This document shows, one piece after another, positions 28,540-38,083 of a stretch of 54,422 bases of DNA; within the stretch, counting starts at the first letter, position 1; each line of letters starts with the position of its first letter. The stretch comes from Sphingobacteriia bacterium. Its GTDB lineage: Bacteria > Bacteroidota > Bacteroidia > Bacteroidales > UBA7960. The position numbers and the translations under genes are program-made. Location: the NCBI GenBank assembly GCA_041642035.1, contig JBEPXC010000003.1, positions 1 through 54,422 on the forward strand, in the 5' to 3' direction. Under the pieces are notes generated by a model, which had not been told where the DNA came from, searched no databases, and was given only the letters and a program-made list of their open reading frames with translations.

Positions 28540-30456
28540 TTGATTCCAAAACAAATACTGCTCAAATATTGGGGATATGATTCGTTCAGGCCCATGCAGG
28601 AAGAAATAATTCAGTCTGTGCTGGAAGGAAAGGATACCCTAGCACTCTTACCAACAGGAGGTGGAAAATCTATTTGCTTTCAGGTGCCTGCGCTGATGCG
28701 TGAGGGCATTTGCATCGTGGTTTCTCCTCTTATAGCTCTTATGAAAGATCAGGTAGCTAACCTGGTTAAAAGAGGCATTAAGGCAGTAGCTGTGTATTCA
28801 GGACAAAGTGCATCAGAAATAGATATATCTATAGACAATTGTATTTACGGTGATGTGAAATTCCTCTACCTTTCGCCCGAGCGTTTGGGCAGCGATATTA
28901 TCCGTTCGCGCATTGCTAAGATGAAAGTAAACTTGCTGGCCATAGACGAAGCCCATTGCATTTCTCAATGGGGCTATGACTTCCGTCCTCCCTATCTTCA
29001 GATTGCCGAAATCAGGGAATTTTTACCTCAAACCCCCATTCTGGCTCTTACAGCGACAGCAACCCGGGATGTGATAAAGGACATTTGCAAAAAACTAGAG
29101 TTTAAAAATGAGAAGATATTTGTAAAAAGCTTTGAGCGGAAAAATCTTGTATACGCGGTACTCAAAGAAGAAAACAAGCTCGAGCGGCTATATAAAATCT
29201 GTACTAAAGTAAAGGGAACAGGCATTGTATATGTGCGTAACCGGAGAAAATCCAAAGAAATTGCACAATATCTTCAAAAAAGGAAAATTTCTGCCGATTA
29301 CTATCATGCAGGCCTTGATGCCAAAACAAGAGATAAAAAACAATCTGACTGGACCAGTGAGCGTATACGCATTATTGTTTCTACCAATGCTTTCGGAATG
29401 GGAATAGATAAACCCAATGTGAGATTTGTAGTGCATTTGGATCTACCCGACTCCCCCGAAGCCTATTTTCAGGAGGCCGGCAGGGCTGGTCGTGATGAAA
29501 AAAAGGCCTTTGGGGTGCTGCTTTACAACAACTCAGACCTGATTGATATAGACAAATTCTTCGAGAATTCCTTTCCACCAATCGATTTCATAAAAAACAT
29601 TTACAATGCCCTGGGTAACTATGTTCAACTGGCCACGGGCAGCGGAAAGGATAAAAGTTATGATTTTTCACTGTCAGATTTTTGCATCCACTATAATCTG
29701 GAAAGAATCACTACCTTCAATGCGCTGAAGTTTCTTGAAAAACAAGGCTACATTATGCTGTCTGAAGCATTTTCAAGCCCTTCACGCATGATTATACTGA
29801 TCACTAATGAGGAATTGTATAGGTTTATGGTAGCCAATGCATCGCATGAAAACCTGTTAAAAACCATCTTACGTTCCTATACAGGTTTGTTTTCAGACTT
29901 TACACGCATTGATGAGCAGGATATAGGAAAACGAATAAATAATCAACCGGATGAGGTACACCGGCAGTTAAAAAAACTTCACCACCTGCGTGTGATTCAT
30001 TATGAGCCTCAAAATACCAAGCCACGCCTCACTTTTATTCAGGGAAGGATTGACATCAAAGACATTAGCATCTCCACCATAAATTACGCTGAAAGGAAAA
30101 AGTTTGCCGCATTACGTATAGATGCCATTAAAGATTACGTAAGTTCCCAAAATATATGCCGAAGCCTTATTTTGTTAAAATACTTTGGCGAAACCGATGC
30201 ACTCAGATGTGGTCGTTGCGATGTTTGCCTGGAACGCAACAAACTGGAGCTAAATAAACTTGAATTTGATAACATATTGGCATTGATTAAGCCTCTGTTG
30301 AAACAAAACTACCTGACAATTAATCAGCTTATTGACAACATGCCAACAAATATTGCAGAAAAGAAAATCATTATGGTTGTTCAATGGCTTATCGATAATG
30401 AAAAACTAAAGGTAAACCGTAATAATGAGTGCTTAAGTTGGATAGAGACCGTATGA
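28540..30456 (+). CDS. recQ: ATP-dependent DNA helicase RecQ family (Bacteroidota RecQ2-like)
   Basis: LPTGGGKSICFQ, DEAHCISQWGYDFRP, ALTATA, YHAG, TNAFGMGIDK, QEAGRAGRD, CR...YFGE....CGRCDVC. Confidence 0.93.
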   Translation: MIPKQILLKYWGYDSFRPMQEEIIQSVLEGKDTLALLPTGGGKSICFQVPALMREGICIVVSPLIALMKDQVANLVKRGIKAVAVYSGQSASEIDISIDNCIYGDVKFLYLSPERLGSDIIRSRIAKMKVNLLAIDEAHCISQWGYDFRPPYLQIAEIREFLPQTPILALTATATRDVIKDICKKLEFKNEKIFVKSFERKNLVYAVLKEENKLERLYKICTKVKGTGIVYVRNRRKSKEIAQYLQKRKISADYYHAGLDAKTRDKKQSDWTSERIRIIVSTNAFGMGIDKPNVRFVVHLDLPDSPEAYFQEAGRAGRDEKKAFGVLLYNNSDLIDIDKFFENSFPPIDFIKNIYNALGNYVQLATGSGKDKSYDFSLSDFCIHYNLERITTFNALKFLEKQGYIMLSEAFSSPSRMIILITNEELYRFMVANASHENLLKTILRSYTGLFSDFTRIDEQDIGKRINNQPDEVHRQLKKLHHLRVIHYEPQNTKPRLTFIQGRIDIKDISISTINYAERKKFAALRIDAIKDYVSSQNICRSLILLKYFGETDALRCGRCDVCLERNKLELNKLEFDNILALIKPLLKQNYLTINQLIDNMPTNIAEKKIIMVVQWLIDNEKLKVNRNNECLSWIETV

Positions 30457-30587
30457 CAAGCATTTATATGATTGTTTTGCCTTTATTCTACTAACCAGGT
30501 ATAATGAGTGGTGGAATCTATTTTTTTACATTTCACGGAATAATTCATACTTTTGATGCTAAATCATTTTAAACCTCTCGCACGCTA

Positions 30588-33029
30588 ATGGAGAAAAACG
30601 ACTCGATTTCAATACTTTATGTTGAAGACCAGGATGATGTTAGACTTTTTCTGTCCAAAATACTTTCCCGACACTACACTAACATTTATTTAGCTGAGAA
30701 TGGCAGGCAAGGCCTGGAAAAGTATATTGAACATAAACCCGATATAATTATCTCCGATATAAAAATGCCTGTAATGGATGGGCTCTCCATGAGCAGTCGT
30801 ATAAAAGAAATAGATCCCAATGCCAAAATCATATTAACTACAGCCCATAGCGATATGGAATATTTCATTCAAAGTATTGAAATTGGCATCAATCAATACA
30901 TTTTAAAGCCTATTGACAGGGAAAAACTATATAACGCTATCAATATTTGCAAGGAGCAGGTTATGCTGGAGCGTGAAGTAAAGAAGCAGCACCTGAAGTT
31001 AAAGAAATCCAATGAAATGCTCACCCGCCAGGAAAGAGAGCTAAGGGAGAGTCTACAAAAAGCAATTGCTCTCAAAGAGATTGTTGCCAAAAGCGAAGAG
31101 AATTTTCGTAAAGTAGCCGAAAATATCCAGGATGCCTTTTGGCTCAAGGACAACAAAAGGGTATTATTTGTGAATAAGGCTTTTGAAGAAATGTTTGAGA
31201 TACCCTCTTCACATTTATTCGATAATCCGGATATCTTCAAGGATTTTATTCATGAAGATGACAAAGAGTCCTTTGGCAAGCGCTTATTAGAACACGAGCA
31301 AAATCCAATTGACATATTTGGCACGGAATTTAAAATCTTAACTCCTTCGGGGAAAATCAAAAACATTTGGTACCGGGATGTTTTCATCTTGGGTGATAAG
31401 CAAGCTGACAGCAGAAGACTTTGCACCCTTAGTGACATAAGCTGGAAGATTGAAAATGAGAAACTTTATCAGGATCTGCTTGTAGCCGAAAAGTCTGCCC
31501 AGGTGAAACAACGTATTCTGGCCAATGTAAGTCACGAAATGCGAACCCCCCTTAATGGCATTATGGTAATGTCCCAGCTATTAGAAAATTCACCCCTCAA
31601 TAAAGAACAAAAAGACTACCTGTCAACCATCAGTAAATCAGGAGAAGATTTGGAGGAAATAACCAACAATCTTCTTGATATCAGCGAACTGGAAAATACC
31701 GGCATCACACTTAAAGAGCAAAGAATTTATACAAAAGATTTCTTTCAGCCCATTTTAAGTTATTATGCAGATCTGGCCAAAAATAAAGGCTTGTATTTCA
31801 ATGTTTACTTTGCCGAGGGATTTCCCGCAAGCTTTTATGCCGACCCCAAGAGATTAGCACTGATCCTAAAACATTTTTGTGGCAACGCAATAAAGTTTAC
31901 CAATAAAGGAGACATTAATGTTGAATTTAATTTTAATCATCCTCTGCCTGGTCAGCGGGAAATTTCATTCAGGGTAAGTGATACGGGTATTGGCATCAAA
32001 GCAGAATTCCTGGACAAGATTTTCCTGCTCTTCTCTCAACAGGAAGATACCGATACAAGACAGTTTGAAGGCCTTGGACTTGGTTTAACCATTTGCCAAA
32101 GGATAGCCACCATCCTTAAAGGAAATATCGAAGTTAAAAGTGAACAGGGTAAAGGAAGTAGCTTTAAGTTCTCTTTCCCGGCTAAAAAGAAAGAGCAAGC
32201 TGAAGAGAAAACCCTGCGTTCCAATGCCATCCCACAGCTTAACTTACAAGTTCTTTGTGTTGAAGATAAAGAAGTAAATCAAAAAATTCTCTCCATAATG
32301 CTGCAAAATGCAGGGTGTACTGTTGATATAGCTGCTAATGGGCAAATAGCAATGAGCATGGTTGAAAAGCAAAGGTATGATGTTATTCTCATGGATATAC
32401 AGATGCCTGTGATGGATGGAATAACAGCAACCCGTGAATTACGAAAAAAGCACCAGATATTGCCTCCCATTATTGGCGTTAGTGCCAATGCCCTGAGGGC
32501 CGATGCCCAGCATTATATTGCCCAGGGATTGGACGATTACATCTCTAAACCTGTAATTCCGGCCGTTCTTTACGAAAAAATTCAACGATGGACCAGTGCC
32601 AGGGATAATGCACTTACAGGTAAACCTGAAGCACAAAACATAAATCACGCATCCGTCACTGCTGATTATACCCTTCTTTCTGATCTTGATTATCATACCC
32701 TTGAAACACTCAAAGAACAAACCCATCATGATGAAACGATCATCAATGACTTATACAATACTTTCATTACTGAATCTGATGTATTGCTCAATAAAATAAA
32801 AGAATCTCTTGTCCACAAAGACAAGCCCACGCTGCGGGATTCAACACATGCCTTGAAAGGTTTGAGTGCTACCATCGGAGCACTCAAGGTGTATCATATA
32901 ACCTCGGAAATGGATAAACTCCATAAACAGGATATTTTTGATGAAAGTGAATCTCTTTTTGAAGTCCTGTTAGTTGATTATCATAAAATAAAAAGCATTA
33001 TCAATCAACAAATCATCAGCAATGATTAA
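30588..33029 (+). CDS. Cytoplasmic hybrid histidine kinase REC-coil-PAS-HisKA-HATPase-REC-HPt
   Basis: N-terminal REC (YVED, SDIKMP), ANVSHEMRTPLNGI, GNAIKFT, DTGIGI, GLGLGL, second REC (MDIQMPVMDG), HPt THALKGLSATIGA; no TM helix. Confidence 0.92.
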   Translation: MEKNDSISILYVEDQDDVRLFLSKILSRHYTNIYLAENGRQGLEKYIEHKPDIIISDIKMPVMDGLSMSSRIKEIDPNAKIILTTAHSDMEYFIQSIEIGINQYILKPIDREKLYNAINICKEQVMLEREVKKQHLKLKKSNEMLTRQERELRESLQKAIALKEIVAKSEENFRKVAENIQDAFWLKDNKRVLFVNKAFEEMFEIPSSHLFDNPDIFKDFIHEDDKESFGKRLLEHEQNPIDIFGTEFKILTPSGKIKNIWYRDVFILGDKQADSRRLCTLSDISWKIENEKLYQDLLVAEKSAQVKQRILANVSHEMRTPLNGIMVMSQLLENSPLNKEQKDYLSTISKSGEDLEEITNNLLDISELENTGITLKEQRIYTKDFFQPILSYYADLAKNKGLYFNVYFAEGFPASFYADPKRLALILKHFCGNAIKFTNKGDINVEFNFNHPLPGQREISFRVSDTGIGIKAEFLDKIFLLFSQQEDTDTRQFEGLGLGLTICQRIATILKGNIEVKSEQGKGSSFKFSFPAKKKEQAEEKTLRSNAIPQLNLQVLCVEDKEVNQKILSIMLQNAGCTVDIAANGQIAMSMVEKQRYDVILMDIQMPVMDGITATRELRKKHQILPPIIGVSANALRADAQHYIAQGLDDYISKPVIPAVLYEKIQRWTSARDNALTGKPEAQNINHASVTADYTLLSDLDYHTLETLKEQTHHDETIINDLYNTFITESDVLLNKIKESLVHKDKPTLRDSTHALKGLSATIGALKVYHITSEMDKLHKQDIFDESESLFEVLLVDYHKIKSIINQQIISND

Positions 33030-33119
33030 ACCCTATTAACTATATTTTATTCCGGCTATTGAATGCATCGCTCTGACAATTTCTTTCTCTCCAGGAATTA
33101 ACCCTTTCAATTAATTGCA

Positions 33120-36100
33120 ATGATAAAAAGATTATTTTTCATTAGCATAGCTATTTTTCTGAACATATTATCCTCATTGGCTTCTCCGGCCCCGGCATAT
33201 AATATCTTAGTTCTCCATAGCTACCACTCTTCTTTTAAATGGAATATTGAGATAAAGGAAGGCCTCGACAGCTTTTTTGCTTCTCAAGCAGATCAATTCC
33301 ACTTACTGCATGAGTATATGGATACTAAAAGAACCATTGATTTGCTAAGTCAGCAAATACTTTTCGAACTGTATAAACACAAATATTCCGACGTTGATAT
33401 TGATGTGATAATAGTTAGTGATGATGATGCCCTGAACTTTATGATGGAATATGGAGAAAGGCTGTTCCCCAAAAAGCCTGTAGTTTTTTGTGGAATCAAT
33501 AACTATGATGAAAAGATTCGGATAGAATTTCCTCATTATACGGGAGTGATTGAAAACCTTGATGTAAAGAAAACTGTAGAGCAAGCCATAAAATTATTTC
33601 CAGAAACTAAACACATCTATTTTGTGGGTGATCATTCAACCACGGCATATGATCTTTCCAATAAATTCAGAAGGAATCACCAGGATTCATTCGCTGATAA
33701 AGTCTTTCATTATTTACATGAATCAAAATTGGAAAACCTTCTTTCTGTGCTGGAAAATCTTCCCGAAAATGCGATCATAATGCTTTGGCCATATCTCAAC
33801 CAAAATGGCAACTTAATCATCCCTGTTGAGCAATCTACCCGCGAGATCACAAAGGCCAGTGCAGCTCCGGTATTTGGTTTTTGGCATTTTATGATGGGAT
33901 ATGGTATTATTGGAGGAAAGTTGGCATCGGGAAATGCTCAAGGAGAATCAGCAGCTCAAAAAGCCTTAAGAATTATCGCTGGAGAACCTGCTGAAGACAT
34001 TCCTGTTACCATGACAGTGCAGAATGAATACTACTTTGACTATCCTGTGCTGGAAAAATTTAAAGTGTCTCTATCAAGCTTGCCAAAGAACAAGGTGATA
34101 TTAAACAAATCACCCGGATTTATTAAAGAGAACCAGAATATTATCATAGGGTTCTTTATATCCCTGGCATTATTCTCTCTATTGTTTGTCATCACTATTT
34201 TGATAAATAGACGGATAAAAAGAGTACTACGGTATGAACTGGCTTTCCGGAATGAACTCATCAATGCTTTACCCAATCCTATCTTTTTTATGCTCGATAA
34301 TAAAAAGGTAGAAGATTGCAATAAAGCATTCGAGAAACTAACAGGTCATTCAAAAGAAGAAATTATTGGAAATGAATTGCCCGGGTTTTATCCGCCAAAC
34401 CAGGTAGACCTGCATAGGAATTTAAATGAAGAAGTAATATCCAATCACAGGTCAATTACCTATGAGGGACAAATAATCGTTCAGGGTAGTAAAGTGAGAG
34501 ATGTCATCTTTTATAAATCGATAGTTTACAATAAAAGAACAAAAAAATATGGCATTATAGAGACCATCGTTGATATCACGGATAAAAAGATTGCTATAGA
34601 ACGCATTCGTCTTAGCGAAGAACGATATGCTCTGGCCATACAGGCTACTAAAGATGGTATATGGGATTGGAATATTAAGGAAGGTGATTTTTTTGCTTCT
34701 TCACGTATCAAGCAGATGTTGGGGTACAGTGAAAAAGAAAGCCCAATAACGCATCATAATTTTCTCGAATTTATACACCCTGCTGATGTCAGCGTTTTTA
34801 ATTATCAACTCGAGCTGCTTCAACAAGAGATAAAGGACACTTTTGCTATTGAGATGCGTATGAGGCAAAAATCAGGCAATTTTCTTTGGGTGGAGAGCAA
34901 GGTGTTTGCTTTATCAAATCCCAACAAGGGGGTGTATCGCCTGGTGGGATCCGTCAGCGATATTCAAACCAGAAAAGATAACGAGTTTTCCCTTAAAAAA
35001 TGGGAGGATATATTCAGCAACACATTAATGGGTGTTGCTACCGCTAACCCCATCACTGCAAAACCAGAATTAATGAATCCGGTATTTGCTCACCTCCATG
35101 GATATACAAGGGAGGAAATGGCAGGAAAAACCTTCGATGAGTTTATGGCCCCGGCTACAAAAGAGGAAATGGCGAATATATTCCTTCAGGCAGCTCAAAA
35201 AGGACATTATGTTTTTGAAACCATTCACCAACGCAAAGATGGTAGCGTATTCCCGGTCATGATCGACATTACAGGGGTTAAGAACAACCAGGACGATCTG
35301 TTGTATTTTATTATCAATCTTCAGGATATCAGCCAGAGGAAAAGACAGGAAAATAAAATTGCTCAAATGTTGCAGAATGAGCAAACGATGAACGAAGAAT
35401 TACGATCCAGCGAAGAAGAGGTACGTCAAACCTTGCAACAAACGGTCAATTTAAAAGAAAAACTGGAAGAAAATCAAAAGCAGTTTTTAAGCTTTATTGA
35501 TGGCACTTCTGATTTTGCTATTCTGAAAGACAAACAGTTAAGATATGTTTTGGCCAATCAAGCTTTTGCTGGTTTTTTCAAACTACATCCCGGGCAAATA
35601 GCAGAAAAAAGCGATGAAGAAATAGCTCCTGATTGGTTGGCGAAGAGCGAGAAGGAATACGACCTGCAGGTATTGCAGAATAATAAGCCTGTAATTTATG
35701 AGAGAGAGGTAAATGGTCAATTTTTCGAAACCCGGAAATTTCCGGTATATTTCGAAAACAACAATATCGGTGTTGGAGCCTTTATCCGCGACATAACCAG
35801 GCAACGGATTATTGAACAGCAGGTACTGCAAAACGAACAAAGATTCAGAACCCTGCTGGAAAACAGCTTCGACATGATTACGCTTACCAACACAGAGGGG
35901 ATAATTCTGTACTGTACTGATGCTATTCAAAAAATCTTTGGGTATGCCAATAATGATGTGGTAGGAAAACATTTCAGCCAGTTTTTTCACCCCGAAGACA
36001 GAGCTGATTTTGGTAGGAAATTTGAAAATATCCTTTCATCAGATAAGGATCCAGCCTATATTCAACACAGGGTAAAGCATTTATCTCAAGGCTATAAAAA

Positions 36101-37775
36101 TATTCAAACCATTGCCACCAACCATTTGCAAAACCCGCTGATTAATGCCATTGTGTTTACAAGCCGCGATGTGTCCATGGAATTGCAAAGCCGGGAATTG
36201 AAAAAAAATATTGCCCTGGCCCAAAAATCGGCCGAAATAAAGCAACAGTTTCTTGCCAACATGAGCCATGAGATTCGTACTCCCATGAATGGTATTGTGG
36301 GGATGATCGAATTTTTACTAAATACCCCCCTTAACCCTACTCAGGAGGACTATATCAAAACCATTAAGTATTCAGCAGATTCTTTGCTTAATATCATCAA
36401 TGATGTTTTGGATTTTTCTAAGATTGAGGCCGGAAAACTGAGCATCAATCCTACACCAGTGCATATTAAAAAATTCATTACCGATGCCCCAAAAATTTTT
36501 GCGGCCATGGTAAAACAAAAATCACTGGATTTTAACGTCTTTATTGATGAATCACTTCCTGAATATCTCAACATCGACCCCTTGAGACTTAATCAGGTCC
36601 TTTCAAATCTATTGTCGAATGCCATTAAGTTTACCCCTTCAGGATCAATTACCCTGAGAGTTTTTCCCGATAAAACAACCAATGATATTGTGAGCCTGAA
36701 AGTAGAAGTACAGGATACGGGCATTGGCATCTCTGCCAACGAACAAAAAACGCTTTTCAAGCCTTTTATACAAATCGATTCCACTCTTACGCGTAGCATT
36801 GAGGGAACCGGGCTGGGCCTTACGATTAGCCAGAGAATTGTTGAGCTTATGGACGGAGAAATTGGAGTCGTTAGCGAAAAAGGCAAGGGATCAATGTTCT
36901 GGTTTACTATTACTACTACCATTCCTGAAGGAGAAAAAGTGAAAAGCTTTACAGCTTCCACCCAAACTGTTCAAAACAAAAATCTCAACATTAATGTACT
37001 ACTCGTTGAGGATAAAATTGTAAATCAGAAAGTAATAAAACTCATGTTGGAGTCCATGGGTTGCAAAACTACGATAGCATCAAATGGTAAAGAAGCCATT
37101 GAATTATTGAAAAATAATCAAAGTCAAAATGCCGCAAAACCCGCTTTCGAAATCATTCTTATGGACATTCAAATGCCTGTGATGGATGGTATAACCGCCA
37201 CCAGGATTATCCGCCAGCAATTTACAGATTATCCGGTTATCATTGGATTAAGCGCCAATGTATTCTCAGCCGATGTGGAAGGTTTTCTTAAAAGTGGACT
37301 GGATGATTACATCATAAAACCGGCCAATTCCGATGAGCTTTACAAAAAACTGCTCTATTGGTCTAAAAAAGCAATACCTATCAACACAGTGGAGTCCAAA
37401 GAAACCTTACAATTCATAAACCAGCTGGACAAAGAAATAGTGCTCGACAACCAAAGCTTTAATTCTGTTGTGGCTCAATCAGAACATAACTCGATGGTTT
37501 TAAACGAACTTTTTTCTGCCTTTTTTGATCATGCCACAGACTTATCAAAAACCTTCAGAAATTCATTGATGGCCACACAGAGCATTGCAGAAGAGGACAT
37601 CAATGCCCTTTACCAGTTGGCTTTAAGTATGGGTGCCATACAGTTGGCAAAAACCTGTGAAGTGCTTAATGAAAATATAAACAATGACTCTGTGAGTCTT
37701 ATAAGTATAGTAGATTATTTAGATCTGGCCATTAAGAATTATGCCACTGAGGTAATTAATCATATTTCAAAATAA
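33120..37775 (+). CDS. Membrane hybrid histidine kinase: periplasmic ABC-substrate-binding-like sensor, TM, about 5 PAS domains, HisKA-HATPase-REC, degenerate HPt
   Basis: ILVLHSYH, EYMDTKR, PVVFCGIN sensor; DGIWDW, IHPAD, RKDGS.FPV, FHPED PAS motifs; FLANMSHEIRTPMNG; NLLSNAIKFT; GTGLGL; MDIQMP. Confidence 0.92.
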   Translation: MIKRLFFISIAIFLNILSSLASPAPAYNILVLHSYHSSFKWNIEIKEGLDSFFASQADQFHLLHEYMDTKRTIDLLSQQILFELYKHKYSDVDIDVIIVSDDDALNFMMEYGERLFPKKPVVFCGINNYDEKIRIEFPHYTGVIENLDVKKTVEQAIKLFPETKHIYFVGDHSTTAYDLSNKFRRNHQDSFADKVFHYLHESKLENLLSVLENLPENAIIMLWPYLNQNGNLIIPVEQSTREITKASAAPVFGFWHFMMGYGIIGGKLASGNAQGESAAQKALRIIAGEPAEDIPVTMTVQNEYYFDYPVLEKFKVSLSSLPKNKVILNKSPGFIKENQNIIIGFFISLALFSLLFVITILINRRIKRVLRYELAFRNELINALPNPIFFMLDNKKVEDCNKAFEKLTGHSKEEIIGNELPGFYPPNQVDLHRNLNEEVISNHRSITYEGQIIVQGSKVRDVIFYKSIVYNKRTKKYGIIETIVDITDKKIAIERIRLSEERYALAIQATKDGIWDWNIKEGDFFASSRIKQMLGYSEKESPITHHNFLEFIHPADVSVFNYQLELLQQEIKDTFAIEMRMRQKSGNFLWVESKVFALSNPNKGVYRLVGSVSDIQTRKDNEFSLKKWEDIFSNTLMGVATANPITAKPELMNPVFAHLHGYTREEMAGKTFDEFMAPATKEEMANIFLQAAQKGHYVFETIHQRKDGSVFPVMIDITGVKNNQDDLLYFIINLQDISQRKRQENKIAQMLQNEQTMNEELRSSEEEVRQTLQQTVNLKEKLEENQKQFLSFIDGTSDFAILKDKQLRYVLANQAFAGFFKLHPGQIAEKSDEEIAPDWLAKSEKEYDLQVLQNNKPVIYEREVNGQFFETRKFPVYFENNNIGVGAFIRDITRQRIIEQQVLQNEQRFRTLLENSFDMITLTNTEGIILYCTDAIQKIFGYANNDVVGKHFSQFFHPEDRADFGRKFENILSSDKDPAYIQHRVKHLSQGYKNIQTIATNHLQNPLINAIVFTSRDVSMELQSRELKKNIALAQKSAEIKQQFLANMSHEIRTPMNGIVGMIEFLLNTPLNPTQEDYIKTIKYSADSLLNIINDVLDFSKIEAGKLSINPTPVHIKKFITDAPKIFAAMVKQKSLDFNVFIDESLPEYLNIDPLRLNQVLSNLLSNAIKFTPSGSITLRVFPDKTTNDIVSLKVEVQDTGIGISANEQKTLFKPFIQIDSTLTRSIEGTGLGLTISQRIVELMDGEIGVVSEKGKGSMFWFTITTTIPEGEKVKSFTASTQTVQNKNLNINVLLVEDKIVNQKVIKLMLESMGCKTTIASNGKEAIELLKNNQSQNAAKPAFEIILMDIQMPVMDGITATRIIRQQFTDYPVIIGLSANVFSADVEGFLKSGLDDYIIKPANSDELYKKLLYWSKKAIPINTVESKETLQFINQLDKEIVLDNQSFNSVVAQSEHNSMVLNELFSAFFDHATDLSKTFRNSLMATQSIAEEDINALYQLALSMGAIQLAKTCEVLNENINNDSVSLISIVDYLDLAIKNYATEVINHISK

Positions 37776-38083
37776 TGCTGCAAAATAAAAAAGTTGCAGC
37801 ACTAATTATTCTTTGAGTGCATCTTTCTTTCATTATAATATCTTCTCTTTTGGTGAAAGATATTTGGTCACATTTATACATCAATAATGGTCAATACAAT
37901 TGACTTTCAATATTTTGAAACAAATATTTAACACAATATTTAGACTACAATATGTAATTAATCAAAAAAAAACATTTAATATTGCAAAAGTGAAGTATAG
38001 CTTACATCATAATCGGTCAACTCTATAATTTAGATTTTATCTGCCAATTCATAAGGATTTATCATCAATTGTAACGAACGGAA

